A stretch of 64,000 bases of DNA from an uncultured Candidatus Saccharibacteria bacterium (GTDB taxonomy: Bacteria > Patescibacteriota > CALEFQ01): assembly GCA_965230955.1 (NCBI GenBank), contig OZ246404.1, positions 1,060,024 to 1,124,023 of the forward strand, in the 5' to 3' direction. Below, piece after piece: positions 9,881 through 19,485 of the stretch (the first letter of the stretch is position 1; every line of letters begins with the position of its first letter). The notes beneath the pieces were generated by a model. That model saw only the letters and a list, made by a program, of their open reading frames with translations, had not been told where the DNA came from and made no database searches. A program made the position numbers and the translations under genes.

Positions 9881-10639
9881 ATGGACACCAAAGAAATCTA
9901 TCCGATCAAGTTCGCCGAAAAGGTTAACGAGCTTTTGGTCGGCACGCTGGACTTCAATGAATTGGCAAGGCAAGCGACTCGAATAATTTTACAAGAGCTC
10001 CGGCTGACCGCCGTGACTCTTTTTCGGATTGATCACCGGGAAAAGGTACTAAAACCTTATGCTTATGCCACGACGGCCAGTCCGGGATTGATTAACAGTG
10101 TAATCCAGCAGCCTCTCACCAATTTCAAAGCGCCACTGGGAAGAATCTACGACAATTTGACTGAAAACACTCTGAATACCGGACAAATAAATACTTCCTT
10201 GTCGTTGGGTGATTTCGGGAAAAGAGACCTGGCGCGAAAATTGCAAACCCTACTGGGCACTAAATTTCATATATCGGTGTCGATCAAAACAAAAAATCGA
10301 GTCGAGGGCGTTTTGGTTTGCGCCACCAGGCAAAAAAATCTTTCCCCCGACCGTATTTCTCTACTGGAAACGGCAGCGGCCCAGCTGGGCTTGGCACTGA
10401 GCAATGTCATGGCGCATGAACAAATAATCGAGCGATATAAAACATTTTCCGACCAAAAAGAAAAAATCGCCGAAAAAAAACCAAAAATAAAATTTACCTT
10501 GCGGATACCAAAGGAACTAGAACAATATCTCTCTTTCAAAGTCGCTAATACCAAACAAAGCAAGGCCGAGTATGTACGAAAACTATTGCTCGACTTAAAA
10601 CAAAGCGATACCGATTACCAGGAATTTATCAAACCATAA
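9881..10639 (+). CDS. GAF-domain protein with C-terminal ribbon-helix-helix-like segment (putative regulator)
   Basis: AAGGAG RBS before ATG 9881. The central region is GAF-like. The C-terminal KFTLRIPKELEQYLSFKVANTKQSKAEYVRKLL resembles a CopG/Arc RHH. Confidence 0.45.
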   Translation: MDTKEIYPIKFAEKVNELLVGTLDFNELARQATRIILQELRLTAVTLFRIDHREKVLKPYAYATTASPGLINSVIQQPLTNFKAPLGRIYDNLTENTLNTGQINTSLSLGDFGKRDLARKLQTLLGTKFHISVSIKTKNRVEGVLVCATRQKNLSPDRISLLETAAAQLGLALSNVMAHEQIIERYKTFSDQKEKIAEKKPKIKFTLRIPKELEQYLSFKVANTKQSKAEYVRKLLLDLKQSDTDYQEFIKP

Positions 10640-10699
10640 AAAAACCCTTCGAAATTATCGAGAGGCTGTTAACGCTTCCGCTCATTTACTGGAGCGGAT

Positions 10700-13222
10700 T
10701 TATTTTACGATTTGATAAATTTTCAGTTTCCCCTCATTGAGAGTGACTACATTCCGGTCGATAGCCAAAATCAATGTATCGGCTGCGGATAAACCACTCG
10801 ATTCGGCTTCAGCTTTGGTCTGCAATTCCCCATCAGCGACTGACTCAAAAACTGACAATTTTGGGGCGGTCGCATAAAGAAAATTTCCGGCACCAAACAC
10901 TTGATTTAAAGCAACCGCCGGTGAAATTGTCTTTAAGGCTTGTGGGACAGAGACCTCCCAGACCTCAGTCTGTCCGGTACTGCCCGGATTGCCGGTAAAA
11001 ACATACATATATTTTCCGGCGGGCGCCACCTCCCGGACAAAATTGTCGCGCACTCGCTGTAAAACCGAAGGCTTGGCACTTTGGGAAATATCGACCACAA
11101 CCAAACCCTCATCTCCCGCCGCGATAAAGAGCCGATTATTTTTTACCGCCAGCGCCAGCGCCTGTGAAACTCCCAAATCGGTTTCACCAATTTTTTTAAT
11201 TTTATCGGCGGCTAAACTATAGACTAATAATTTTCCGTCGGCGATAGCATAAGCTTTGTCGGCTACCGCCACCACCGCCACCGCCGGAACAGCCTCTTCG
11301 AACGTAACTTTGGGCGCACCGGGATTGACTAAGTCAATAAACTGTAGCTTCCCGCCGGCAACTACTGCATATCGACCGCTACTAGCCACCGTAATATCCC
11401 CGCTAAAATTAGTTCGGGGCAGTGATCCGATAACCTTGGGCCGGGAGGCATCAGCCAAGCTTATTACTTCCAGAGATTTTTCGCCATCGCTGGCGCGTAA
11501 AATATTATTACCGAAAATTGCCATGGCCTCGCTCGGTGCAGAACTTAATTCCAATTGGCCCGCCGGATAAAGAGCCGGCGCCGGCGTTGACTCTTTTGTA
11601 TTAATCACCGCGCCACTGGCGGTAAAAGTATTTGCATCAACCACCGCCAAACAAGCCTCAACCGCCAATGAACTATACAAGGTTTGGCTCGTCAAATCGG
11701 CTAAGCTAATAGCTTCTAAGCGATTGTCTGATAACCAAACGACGATTTCCCGGCCTTTTTTGTCACTGATTAATTTCTTAATCGTCAAGCCATTGGGCGC
11801 GGAATAGACTTCTTGGACTTGATTATTCTTCAAATCGATAAGCTTTACTTTGTTTTCCGCGACAACCAGTACGCGCGATCCAGCCCAGGCGGCATAATTC
11901 GCTTCGCCTTGGAAAACATCAACCGGAGACGCCGACGGTTTAACCGCGACCAGACTGGCGCCATTTTGTAACAAAACCGCTCCCTCGGCCGCCTGATAAG
12001 CCGATTGGCTATCTAACAATATATTGGTCCCGGACGGTAAAACCCACTCCAGTGGCTGAGCCAAAGCCGATTTAACCGTGATTATTTTCTTGACCGTACG
12101 TCGATCAATCGCGGTTTGGGCCACTATCACTTCGTCGCCAGTGATCGCCAACGGCAACCAAGCCTGCTCGGTTGAATTATAAATAACCTGATCGCTTCCG
12201 CCAATCTTAAATAAGTGAATTTCATAATCACTTGACGCTCCGGTGACAAAACTCACCGCCGATCCGTCCGACGAGACAGTAAATTTTTCCGACAAAGCCT
12301 TATCGCTTGTCGCCACGATTTGCAAATCCCCGTTCGCGGCTAGGCGATAAATAGTAGTTTGTTTCCCTTGTTTTTGACTGAAAAATATATGCCCCGAATT
12401 GGCCACACTGATTTGCTCGACGGCCGGTTCAATTTTAAATATTGTCTCCGTTGCCCCACCGGCGGTTGACCCAATTTGCAAGACGGAACTTTCCGTGTTT
12501 TGGCTAAGTAAAACGACCTGCTCATCTTGCATGGTTATTTCGCTTGGAGTCGGCGTCGGCTGAACATCACTACCGCGCGAAACCAACAAAAACTCCAGGC
12601 TGGTGGTTTCATCAGCTTTTATCTCTATTTCCCGCTGTTCTTCTTCGAAACCATCCTGTCTCACAGTGACATTGTGACGGCCGACGCGCACGCCGCCAAT
12701 TTCGACTGGTGTCACTCCTTGTTCCTGATTGTTTAGTAATAAGGTGGCGCCGGAAGGAATAGACGTAACCTGTAAATTGCCTGTTTGAACAACTTTTGTG
12801 TCCTCGAGAACTTTTTTCACCGGCTTCGGCACATACTTTTCGTAAAATCCCGGGGAAGCCGCCGCAAAAGAAACATAAGCCGCCAAAACGGCAACCGCCG
12901 CGATCGGGGCTACCGCCCAAGCCCAGCGCCGCGGTCGAGGAAGCAAAGCATTAGAACCGGCAGTAAGCAGATTACCAGATTCTTTGGTAACCGAAGCGGA
13001 AGCCGCATGATTCATCAAATCATGGGTATTCAGAAGACGTTTTCTCAGATTTTGACTGAAAGCGTCGGCAGGTTCGGACCTATATTCGACTTGCTTGATC
13101 GCGCTAACCATATGCAAAATCTCGATCTCCTCTTGGAGTAGACCGGAGGGATCAATCGGGCGGCCGCGAAAGGCCCGGTCCAGTTGATCATCAAATCTTG
13201 TTTTGGGATTTCTGATATCCAT
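10700..13222 (-). CDS. anti-sigma-factor-like membrane protein with extracellular PEGA domain and beta-propeller repeats
   Basis: Cytoplasmic N-terminal domain of about 100 aa and a single TM (WAWAVAPIAAVAVLAAYV), then a PEGA domain (TSIPSGATLLLNNQEQGVTPVEIGGVRVGRHNVTV) and long repetitive beta-rich region. It lies directly downstream of the ECF sigma gene. Confidence 0.55.
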   Translation of the reverse strand: MDIRNPKTRFDDQLDRAFRGRPIDPSGLLQEEIEILHMVSAIKQVEYRSEPADAFSQNLRKRLLNTHDLMNHAASASVTKESGNLLTAGSNALLPRPRRWAWAVAPIAAVAVLAAYVSFAAASPGFYEKYVPKPVKKVLEDTKVVQTGNLQVTSIPSGATLLLNNQEQGVTPVEIGGVRVGRHNVTVRQDGFEEEQREIEIKADETTSLEFLLVSRGSDVQPTPTPSEITMQDEQVVLLSQNTESSVLQIGSTAGGATETIFKIEPAVEQISVANSGHIFFSQKQGKQTTIYRLAANGDLQIVATSDKALSEKFTVSSDGSAVSFVTGASSDYEIHLFKIGGSDQVIYNSTEQAWLPLAITGDEVIVAQTAIDRRTVKKIITVKSALAQPLEWVLPSGTNILLDSQSAYQAAEGAVLLQNGASLVAVKPSASPVDVFQGEANYAAWAGSRVLVVAENKVKLIDLKNNQVQEVYSAPNGLTIKKLISDKKGREIVVWLSDNRLEAISLADLTSQTLYSSLAVEACLAVVDANTFTASGAVINTKESTPAPALYPAGQLELSSAPSEAMAIFGNNILRASDGEKSLEVISLADASRPKVIGSLPRTNFSGDITVASSGRYAVVAGGKLQFIDLVNPGAPKVTFEEAVPAVAVVAVADKAYAIADGKLLVYSLAADKIKKIGETDLGVSQALALAVKNNRLFIAAGDEGLVVVDISQSAKPSVLQRVRDNFVREVAPAGKYMYVFTGNPGSTGQTEVWEVSVPQALKTISPAVALNQVFGAGNFLYATAPKLSVFESVADGELQTKAEAESSGLSAADTLILAIDRNVVTLNEGKLKIYQIVK

Positions 13223-13289
13223 AGAGATAATTATTTCCTCGTCACGATCATCGGGTCTTTGGCCGACCCTAGGCCGTAGCCGGCCGAAG

Positions 13290-13982
13290 TCAATAACTTA
13301 TGCCGCGCTTTTTTAATTCAATCCTTAGTTTCTTCAAGGCGCGATGAATCTTGACCGCCACGTGGGCGCGGCTCAGTCCCACCACTTGGCAAATTTCATC
13401 ATTAGACTTCTCGGCAAATAATTTCATCGTCAGGACCGTCTGATCATCGTCATCCAAACTCGGCAGTATTCCTTGAATTTGTTCAAAAAATAATTTTTGA
13501 CTGACAGCCACGTCCAACGCCGGCTTTTTATCCTTAATATCCGGGACACTGTCGATATCAACCTTCTGTTTACGACCGGTTTCTCGGAAATGGTCAATGA
13601 TGGTATTGGACGCAATGGTATAGAGCCAGGCTCCAAAACTAACGTTTTGCCACTGGAAATCTTTCAATTTGCGCAGTGCTTTTTCAAAAGTGAGTGAAGT
13701 GATGTCCTCCGCCACCGAGACATTTCCCACTCGTTTTAGAATAAACCCATAGATCTGGTGCAGGTAAACATCGTACAAAATACCAAAAGACTCTGAGTCG
13801 GTTTTGGCTCGTTCGACTAATTCCTTCTCCGTCACCGTCTGCTCACCGAGACTGTAATGGGAGAAGACCTTCACCCCTTCGGCGGCTTCCGGCTTGGCCT
13901 GTGCCGGCCGAGTGAAAAAGCGCCTCTTGGAGATGAATTCATTGTCACCGGCTTTACCAGTCACAAGTTTGGTTGTCCCCAC
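13290..13982 (-). CDS. ECF-type RNA polymerase sigma-70 factor
   Basis: Sigma-70 region 2 (ILYDVYLHQIYGFILKRV ... WLYTIASNTIIDHFR) and region 4 HTH (NDEICQVVGLSRAHVAVKIHRALKKLR). The track start at 13982 is GTG. The true start is probably an internal GTG near VTEKELVERAK, giving about 187 aa. Confidence 0.8.
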   Translation of the reverse strand: MGTTKLVTGKAGDNEFISKRRFFTRPAQAKPEAAEGVKVFSHYSLGEQTVTEKELVERAKTDSESFGILYDVYLHQIYGFILKRVGNVSVAEDITSLTFEKALRKLKDFQWQNVSFGAWLYTIASNTIIDHFRETGRKQKVDIDSVPDIKDKKPALDVAVSQKLFFEQIQGILPSLDDDDQTVLTMKLFAEKSNDEICQVVGLSRAHVAVKIHRALKKLRIELKKRGISY

Positions 13983-14026
13983 GCTCAGATACTGGAAAAA
14001 CTATTCCAAATCCTGAGTGTGGGGAC
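13975..14026. repeat. 14-bp inverted repeat GTCCCCACGCTCAG / CTGAGTGTGGGGAC (13 of 14 match, 24-nt spacer) at the upstream edge of the ECF sigma gene
   Basis: Read directly in the sequence. Candidate operator or structure in the promoter region. Confidence 0.6.
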
Positions 14027-14182
14027 GATTACGCGAATTAAACGGCTCCGACTTGAGTTAATTACCTCGCTAGTTTAACAGATAAATGTAAAACGTAAAA
14101 TGCCGAGACAGAAACTATCGCCTTGACTTCATTTTGTACTATGGAATAATAAGATCATCCCAATTTGGGAAAGGAGGATAAA

Positions 14183-14458
14183 ATGCCAGACAGAAAAAAG
14201 GTATCGACGACTGTCGGCCAGGTTTTTTCTGAAGCGCAGGGGCGCTATCCAGAATTGACAACTAAGTGGCCACCGGAAGCCATCCGCGACTGGGAACGAT
14301 TGGCCGAAATTTTGGGAGATGTTCCTTTACCGCCAGATAGAAAAGCGAAAGTGACGGAAGGAATGCTTTCGCTATTTCGAAATCTGCCGAAAAAACCCGA
14401 AGTCTTTGCTCCCCTCGCGACGACAGGTTCGCCCGGGCACCGCTGGAGGAAAAAGTAA
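14183..14458 (+). CDS. hypothetical protein (91 aa)
   Basis: AAGGAGG RBS before ATG 14183. An intrinsic terminator follows at about 14495-14525. Confidence 0.4.
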   Translation: MPDRKKVSTTVGQVFSEAQGRYPELTTKWPPEAIRDWERLAEILGDVPLPPDRKAKVTEGMLSLFRNLPKKPEVFAPLATTGSPGHRWRKK

Positions 14459-14602
14459 TCATCGGTAAATGTTTGGTCATCTAAACTGAACCGATAGAGG
14501 CGCCAATGGTGCCTCTTTTTATATACGGCGAGCCAGTCCGTCGATTGTATTTACCTTGCCTTGACCAAATAAACAATATAAGATATAAACGTAATTCAAT
14601 CT

Positions 14603-16534
14603 ATGCCTACTCCTCTTAAAACAACCCTACTCATAGCCTGTGGCCTCGCTATTGCGATCGGGGGGTTTTTTATTTTTTACCATTTATCGTACGCCAACAA
14701 AATATTAGCCGGAGTAAGCGCGGCTGGATTTGATGTTTCCGGGCTGACCACCGAACAAGCACACGACAAACTTCAGACGGAGCTGAACAATTTAGCTGAT
14801 CAAGATATCAAATTCACCAGTGCCGGTAAAACCTGGATAGCCAAACCGGCGGATTTGGGCATTAATTTTAATATCGATCAAACAGCGGCCGAAGCCTTTG
14901 CCATTGGTCGCGGACAAGCCTGGTATATTAATCTTTGGAATGTCGCCCAGACGCTCTGGCGCGATCTCAAAATAGACCTATGCTATGACATCAATAAAGA
15001 CGCTTGGAATTCTTATCTGGCCGAACATTTTCGGGAACTTGAAACCGAACCAAACAACGCGTCACTTAAGATTAAGGGCAGTACGGTGACGGAAATCGCC
15101 AGTAAAGACGGGATTGTGGTTGATCGCAACCAGTTACTGAATCTAATCGAGAACCATCTCCAACAGCGATTAAACACTTCGATTACCCTGCCTTTTTCGA
15201 CTGCTTTTCCGATAATCAGCGACGATGATGTGGCTCCGGCAAAACTTTCAGCCGTCAACCTGCTCGGCAGCGGATTAACAGTAAAATACAAAGAGAAAAA
15301 CTGGAATTACAGCCGCGACCGCATTGGTCAAGCGATAAACTTCGTGATCAAAAATAGCGACGGTGCGGAAATTCCGGCTGAAGAAATATTCTCCTACGGA
15401 CAAAACCTGGATAATCCCAGTGCGCGACTGGAAGTAACTTTGCGTGGCGATGATTTTAAGAATTTTCTGGAAAATATCGGCCGGGAGATTGAAAAATCCC
15501 CTCTTAATGCCCATTTTAGAATCGAGGGGGAGCCCAAAATAACCCTGGATACCGCCAAAGATCCCGCCTCAATCGTCCCGGTCAGTATCGACGAACCGGC
15601 CAAAGAAGGTCTAAAGATAAATGCCCAAAATTTGAATCATGATATCAGCACCAATATTAATAACAATCAAACCACTGTTGATCTTTTCGTCGAGGTCAGT
15701 CAGCCGGAAATCACCGAAGCCAATGCCGCCGCCAAGGGCGTGACCAAATTGATTGGCCGAGGCGTCTCTAATTTTTCCGGCTCCCCATCTAATCGACGCC
15801 ATAACATCAGCGTCGGCGCCGCAAAATTTGACCGAGTTATTATTCAGCCGGGAGAGGAATTCTCTTTCAATACCATACTCGGTAAAGTCACCGAAGAAGC
15901 CGGGTACTTGCCGGAATTGGTAATTAAAAACAATGATACCGTCCCCGACCTGGGCGGAGGTCTCTGCCAAGTATCAACCACGGCTTTCAGGGCGGCCGTC
16001 GACGCCGGTCTGCCGGTGACGGAACGGAAGAATCACGCTTACGCCGTTTCTTATTACTCCCCCCAAGGAACCGACGCCACCATTTACCCGGGATCGAGTG
16101 ATTTAAAATTCATCAATAACACTCCCGGCTCGATATTGATTCAAACTTCCATATCCGGAAGCTCGCTAACTTTTGATTTCTTGGGAACATTCGATGATCG
16201 AGAGGTTGAAAAATTCAAACCACACACCTACGAACGTTTCGGCAATGGCGGACTCAAGGTCGAATGGTCTTACAAGGTAGTCCGCCAAGGAGAGACTCTG
16301 ACCGATAAAGTGTTCAAGAGTGTCTACCGCCCGCCGGAGGAGTTCCATAAATCACAGCAGGAAGAAGAGAAGAAAGCGGCTGAAGAAGAAGCCAAAAAGC
16401 AGGAAGAAGCGGCCAAAAAAGCGGCCGAAGAACAAAAAAAGAAGTCAACACCGACAACAACACCAACTCCCACTACCACCGCCAAGCCCTCACTAACTCC
16501 GACGCCCACTCCATCCTCTTCACCTAAACCATAA
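14603..16534 (+). CDS. VanW-family protein with N-terminal TM anchor and C-terminal Glu/Lys and Thr/Pro-rich tail
   Basis: VanW-domain signature (GGGLCQVSTTAFRAAVDAGLP) and an N-terminal membrane anchor. The C-terminus is low-complexity EEKKAAEE and TPTPT repeats. Confidence 0.7.
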   Translation: MPTPLKTTLLIACGLAIAIGGFFIFYHLSYANKILAGVSAAGFDVSGLTTEQAHDKLQTELNNLADQDIKFTSAGKTWIAKPADLGINFNIDQTAAEAFAIGRGQAWYINLWNVAQTLWRDLKIDLCYDINKDAWNSYLAEHFRELETEPNNASLKIKGSTVTEIASKDGIVVDRNQLLNLIENHLQQRLNTSITLPFSTAFPIISDDDVAPAKLSAVNLLGSGLTVKYKEKNWNYSRDRIGQAINFVIKNSDGAEIPAEEIFSYGQNLDNPSARLEVTLRGDDFKNFLENIGREIEKSPLNAHFRIEGEPKITLDTAKDPASIVPVSIDEPAKEGLKINAQNLNHDISTNINNNQTTVDLFVEVSQPEITEANAAAKGVTKLIGRGVSNFSGSPSNRRHNISVGAAKFDRVIIQPGEEFSFNTILGKVTEEAGYLPELVIKNNDTVPDLGGGLCQVSTTAFRAAVDAGLPVTERKNHAYAVSYYSPQGTDATIYPGSSDLKFINNTPGSILIQTSISGSSLTFDFLGTFDDREVEKFKPHTYERFGNGGLKVEWSYKVVRQGETLTDKVFKSVYRPPEEFHKSQQEEEKKAAEEEAKKQEEAAKKAAEEQKKKSTPTTTPTPTTTAKPSLTPTPTPSSSPKP

Positions 16535-16535
16535 A

Positions 16536-16630
16536 AAAGATATTAAGAATATTAAGATATTAAGAACTTTAAGAGTTAGAGGTTGTCACTATCTTAAAAT
16601 CTTAATTTCTTAATACTCTTAATATCTTTT
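16536..16630. repeat. ATTAAGA-word palindromic hairpin, probable terminator after the vanW-like gene
   Basis: Left arm gatattaagaatattaagatattaagaactttaagag; right arm ctatcttaaaatcttaatttcttaatactcttaatatctttt. Confidence 0.7.
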
Positions 16631-16794
16631 TTCACTTATCCACTTCCGTTAATACAGCGCCCTTGCTACTCTGATATTAGTCCCTCTGGTGATGTCTACT
16701 CCTCTTTAATTAGGGGAACAGGGATCAAAACAAAATACCCTCCGAGCTCTCGGAGGGGAAACCCTCGCCCGAAACGTGGCGGGGGATTTTGTTT

Positions 16795-16872
16795 AACTAA
16801 GTCAAAAGTCAAAGGTCACAAGTTGCGAATTCCGAAACTTTTTACTTTTGATCTTTGACTTTTGACTTAGTT
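16795..16872. repeat. GTCAAAAG-word palindromic hairpin inside a 500-bp noncoding stretch
   Basis: aactaagtcaaaagtcaaaggtcacaag ... ctttttacttttgatctttgacttttgacttagtt. Confidence 0.7.
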
Positions 16873-17182
16873 AAAAAAACTCGCGCCCATAACGCTGTAG
16901 ACGGAAGACACAGCCACAGGAACAAACCAGAAACTTCTCCGCCGAAGCAGAGAGCTCCAGTAAGCCCTACAAATGCGTCCCCACTGGTGATGTCTACAGC
17001 GTAAAAAGCACGAGTATCAGCAAACGCCCCATTATATCAATTTACAGGTATTTGTCAAGCTATTTCCCGCTATAACCTCAACGGCCTGGTTATGAGGTAA
17101 ATAACAATGGGCTAAAATAGATCGACAAAATATCAAGCATTTGCTAAAACAATATGGTCTACCACAGCCAAAGGAGGGCAAA

Positions 17183-17521
17183 ATGGGATCAGAACCCAAT
17201 CGTATTCTAATCATCAGTTCGGATTCTTCGGCACTACAGGATACCGCGATCATGAGTGGAGCTTCGGTAAATTGTTTGCCAACCCCCGATCCGGAAGCAG
17301 TAATAATGCAACTGAGAACCTGGCAATTCAAGCTTGTCGTCCTGGTTCCTAGTAAGAATAACCCGCCGGATCATTCTCGTTCCAAGATCGCGCCGTTGAA
17401 GACTCCCGAAGAAGCGGAAAAATTCCTGGAACAGTTACTAGAAAAATGCCTGACAGCCAGCATCACCTTACCACTGGTACTGATTAATCCCCGACCGCAA
17501 GATCTTATCGCTCATCTATAG
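17183..17521 (+). CDS. hypothetical protein (112 aa)
   Basis: AAGGAGGG RBS before ATG 17183. Two intrinsic terminators follow. Confidence 0.4.
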   Translation: MGSEPNRILIISSDSSALQDTAIMSGASVNCLPTPDPEAVIMQLRTWQFKLVVLVPSKNNPPDHSRSKIAPLKTPEEAEKFLEQLLEKCLTASITLPLVLINPRPQDLIAHL

Positions 17522-17527
17522 AAGAAG

Positions 17528-17571
17528 CGCCTCGTTGCCAAATATTTCCCGATTGGCAACGAGGTTTTTTC
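17528..17571 (+). terminator. rho-independent terminator (12-bp stem cctcgttgccaa/ttggcaacgagg then a T-tract)
   Basis: Perfect stem followed by TTTTTT. Confidence 0.75.
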
Positions 17572-17598
17572 ATGACATTTTAATTTAAATCTAACTTT

Positions 17599-17632
17599 TA
17601 AAAAGCCCGCCGATTCGGCGGGCTTTTTTATC
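17599..17632. terminator. bidirectional terminator hairpin aaaaagcccgccgattcggcgggctttttt
   Basis: GC stem with A and T tracts on both sides. It shares the cccgccgattcggcggg core with the hairpin at 44066. Confidence 0.75.
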
Positions 17633-17660
17633 TCGAGAACCGGAATTGATTTAAATATTA

Positions 17661-19079
17661 TTAGTAATGAATCACTACCGGTGTACCAACTTCGATCATG
17701 TTATAAAGTATCGGGGCCTCTTTCATACCAACACGGACACAGCCATGAGACACGCGAATCCCCAAATGATTTTCACCTTCAACGTATCCGCCGGGCCATT
17801 CCGGCAACTGATGAATATAAAACCCGCCTGAATGAAATTTGAGGCTATAAGGCATCCAGAGGCCGTATTTTCCCGACCAATGGCGAGCTTCTTTGCTCAA
17901 GACGGTGAATTGTCCGTCCGGTGTCGGCATGCCGGGCCGTCCGGTTGAAGTAATCGCCTCCAGGCGTTGGCGGCCATTTTCGTAAACACGCAGACGCTGA
18001 TTGGTTAGGTCAATATCGATATATTTATGCAAGTCGCGCCGCCCTTCCCAAATGAATTTGCGCGGTCCGGTGATTATTTCCGCCCGACCATCAGCATTCA
18101 GATCACCCGCCGCTACATTAACCCCGCCGCGAAAATCGTTTTCATACACAACCTTGCTGAATTTCGACGGCTGGCCGCCGTATTCGAAACTTTTTACTTC
18201 CGGGACGCTATTGGACGCCCGCGACGCCAAAACTTCTTCCGCTCCATCGCCATCAATATCGCCCGCAGCCACTCTAGCCCCGTCTTTATAATCCTCCGGG
18301 AAGGCTATAAAACTCCCGATTATGGTTTTGGTTGAATCGGGACGATAAACCTTGATACTAGCCGTACTCATCGAAGCGGCGCTGGTGATAATTTCATCTA
18401 CGCCATCTTTATCGACATCGCCCAAAGCCACATCAACCCCGCCATGGAAATCAGCAGGTTGCGGGAAGAAATCCAAGCCCAGATATTTACCCGATCCGTC
18501 AAAAACTCGGACATGAGGATTACCTCCTAGGCCGGCACCGACTACCACTTCCGCCCGTCCGTCTTTATTGATATCGCCAACGGCGACATTAACACCGCCT
18601 TTGAACTCCGGAGCAAAAGCCAACCACTCCACCAAAACTTGTCCCGAAGGTTTGTAAACTTTGACTCGCGTATCGCCATCACTGGCCTGGGAAACGATAA
18701 TTTCACTTTTGCCGTCGCCGTTTGTATCCCCCAAAGCAATGTCGGACGTGCCGCGAAAATTCGGATGAAAAGGAAAAATTGAAATACCGTTAAAAACACC
18801 GCGCTCGGTGAAACCTCTGATATGAGTCCGGCCGCCTTGTCCGGAAACAGTCACAATTTCAGACTTCTCATCACCAAGAATATCGCCCACCGCTACCGCT
18901 ACTCCCCCGCCAAAAAGACGTGAATAAGCCATGATATTAGCATCCAGATTGCCGCCGGCGCTATAAACTCTAACTTCCGGCGCACGGGCCTCAATCCCCG
19001 CCATGGCATCCGCGACCGGAATCGTTAGCATGGCTCCGGCAATAATCGCGATCCAAAGGAATGTTTTTGTTTTAAACAT
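17661..19079 (-). CDS. secreted FG-GAP-repeat protein with C-terminal L,D-transpeptidase (YkuD) catalytic domain
   Basis: Signal peptide, then five or more GDxNxDGxxEIV repeats. The C-terminus carries the catalytic HxxSHGCVRV motif of L,D-transpeptidases. Confidence 0.75.
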   Translation of the reverse strand: MFKTKTFLWIAIIAGAMLTIPVADAMAGIEARAPEVRVYSAGGNLDANIMAYSRLFGGGVAVAVGDILGDEKSEIVTVSGQGGRTHIRGFTERGVFNGISIFPFHPNFRGTSDIALGDTNGDGKSEIIVSQASDGDTRVKVYKPSGQVLVEWLAFAPEFKGGVNVAVGDINKDGRAEVVVGAGLGGNPHVRVFDGSGKYLGLDFFPQPADFHGGVDVALGDVDKDGVDEIITSAASMSTASIKVYRPDSTKTIIGSFIAFPEDYKDGARVAAGDIDGDGAEEVLASRASNSVPEVKSFEYGGQPSKFSKVVYENDFRGGVNVAAGDLNADGRAEIITGPRKFIWEGRRDLHKYIDIDLTNQRLRVYENGRQRLEAITSTGRPGMPTPDGQFTVLSKEARHWSGKYGLWMPYSLKFHSGGFYIHQLPEWPGGYVEGENHLGIRVSHGCVRVGMKEAPILYNMIEVGTPVVIHY

Positions 19080-19241
19080 GGCTTAATAATCTAATATTTT
19101 CAAAAAATAACGTTTACTTTAAACCTCAAAATCTAACAATTTTTCTAATATTTAGATTTTTGTTTCTACTGCCGGATTAAGTCCTCTTGAAAGCCAAAGA
19201 ATCTTCAAGGCTGTCAGCAGTACTTAATTTTCCCAAAATAA

Positions 19242-19266
19242 AAGGGCGCACCGATTGGTTCACCCT
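19242..19266. repeat. 25-nt hairpin element AAGGGCGCACCGATTGGTTCACCCT; a second copy lies at 46730
   Basis: The two copies share an identical 13-mer ATTGGTTCACCCT and match at 21 of 25 positions. Both lie in long noncoding stretches. Confidence 0.6.
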
Positions 19267-19405
19267 ATTTCACTGTTTCTAGTATAGCATAAAAATAAAA
19301 CCAAAGCAAGGGAAAAACTGGGGAAAATAACAAAAATTATACTAGAATTGATTATCTTGGCCGACATCTTCTTTTTTTGTTCTTTTATAGACAAACCAAA
19401 GAGAA

Positions 19406-19476
19406 AGAATTAAGATTTAAGAAATAAGATATAAGAAGATTCTTACGTCTTATCTCTTATTTCTTAAATCTTAACC
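19406..19476. repeat. TAAGATATAAGA-word palindrome immediately upstream of the aminopeptidase-like gene start
   Basis: Left arm agaattaagatttaagaaataagatataagaag; right arm cttacgtcttatctcttatttcttaaatcttaac. Same word family as the clpE leader palindrome. Confidence 0.7.
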
Positions 19477-19485
19477 TTTTTACTT

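Noticed and set aside
13850-13982. N-terminal 45 aa of the ECF sigma ORF
   Set aside because: The track start is GTG with no RBS, and ECF sigmas are about 180 aa. An internal GTG preceded by GGTGAG fits better. The inverted repeat overlaps this region.
16324-16509. 61-aa minus-strand ORF
   Set aside because: Antisense to the low-complexity C-terminal tail of the VanW-like protein.
16640-17030. RNase P RNA, SRP RNA or tmRNA in the long noncoding stretch
   Set aside because: Hallmark motifs not found (GGAAAGUCCGG for RNase P, the GGAAGCAGC helix-8 region for SRP, a tRNA-like 3' end for tmRNA). Left as an unassigned structured region.
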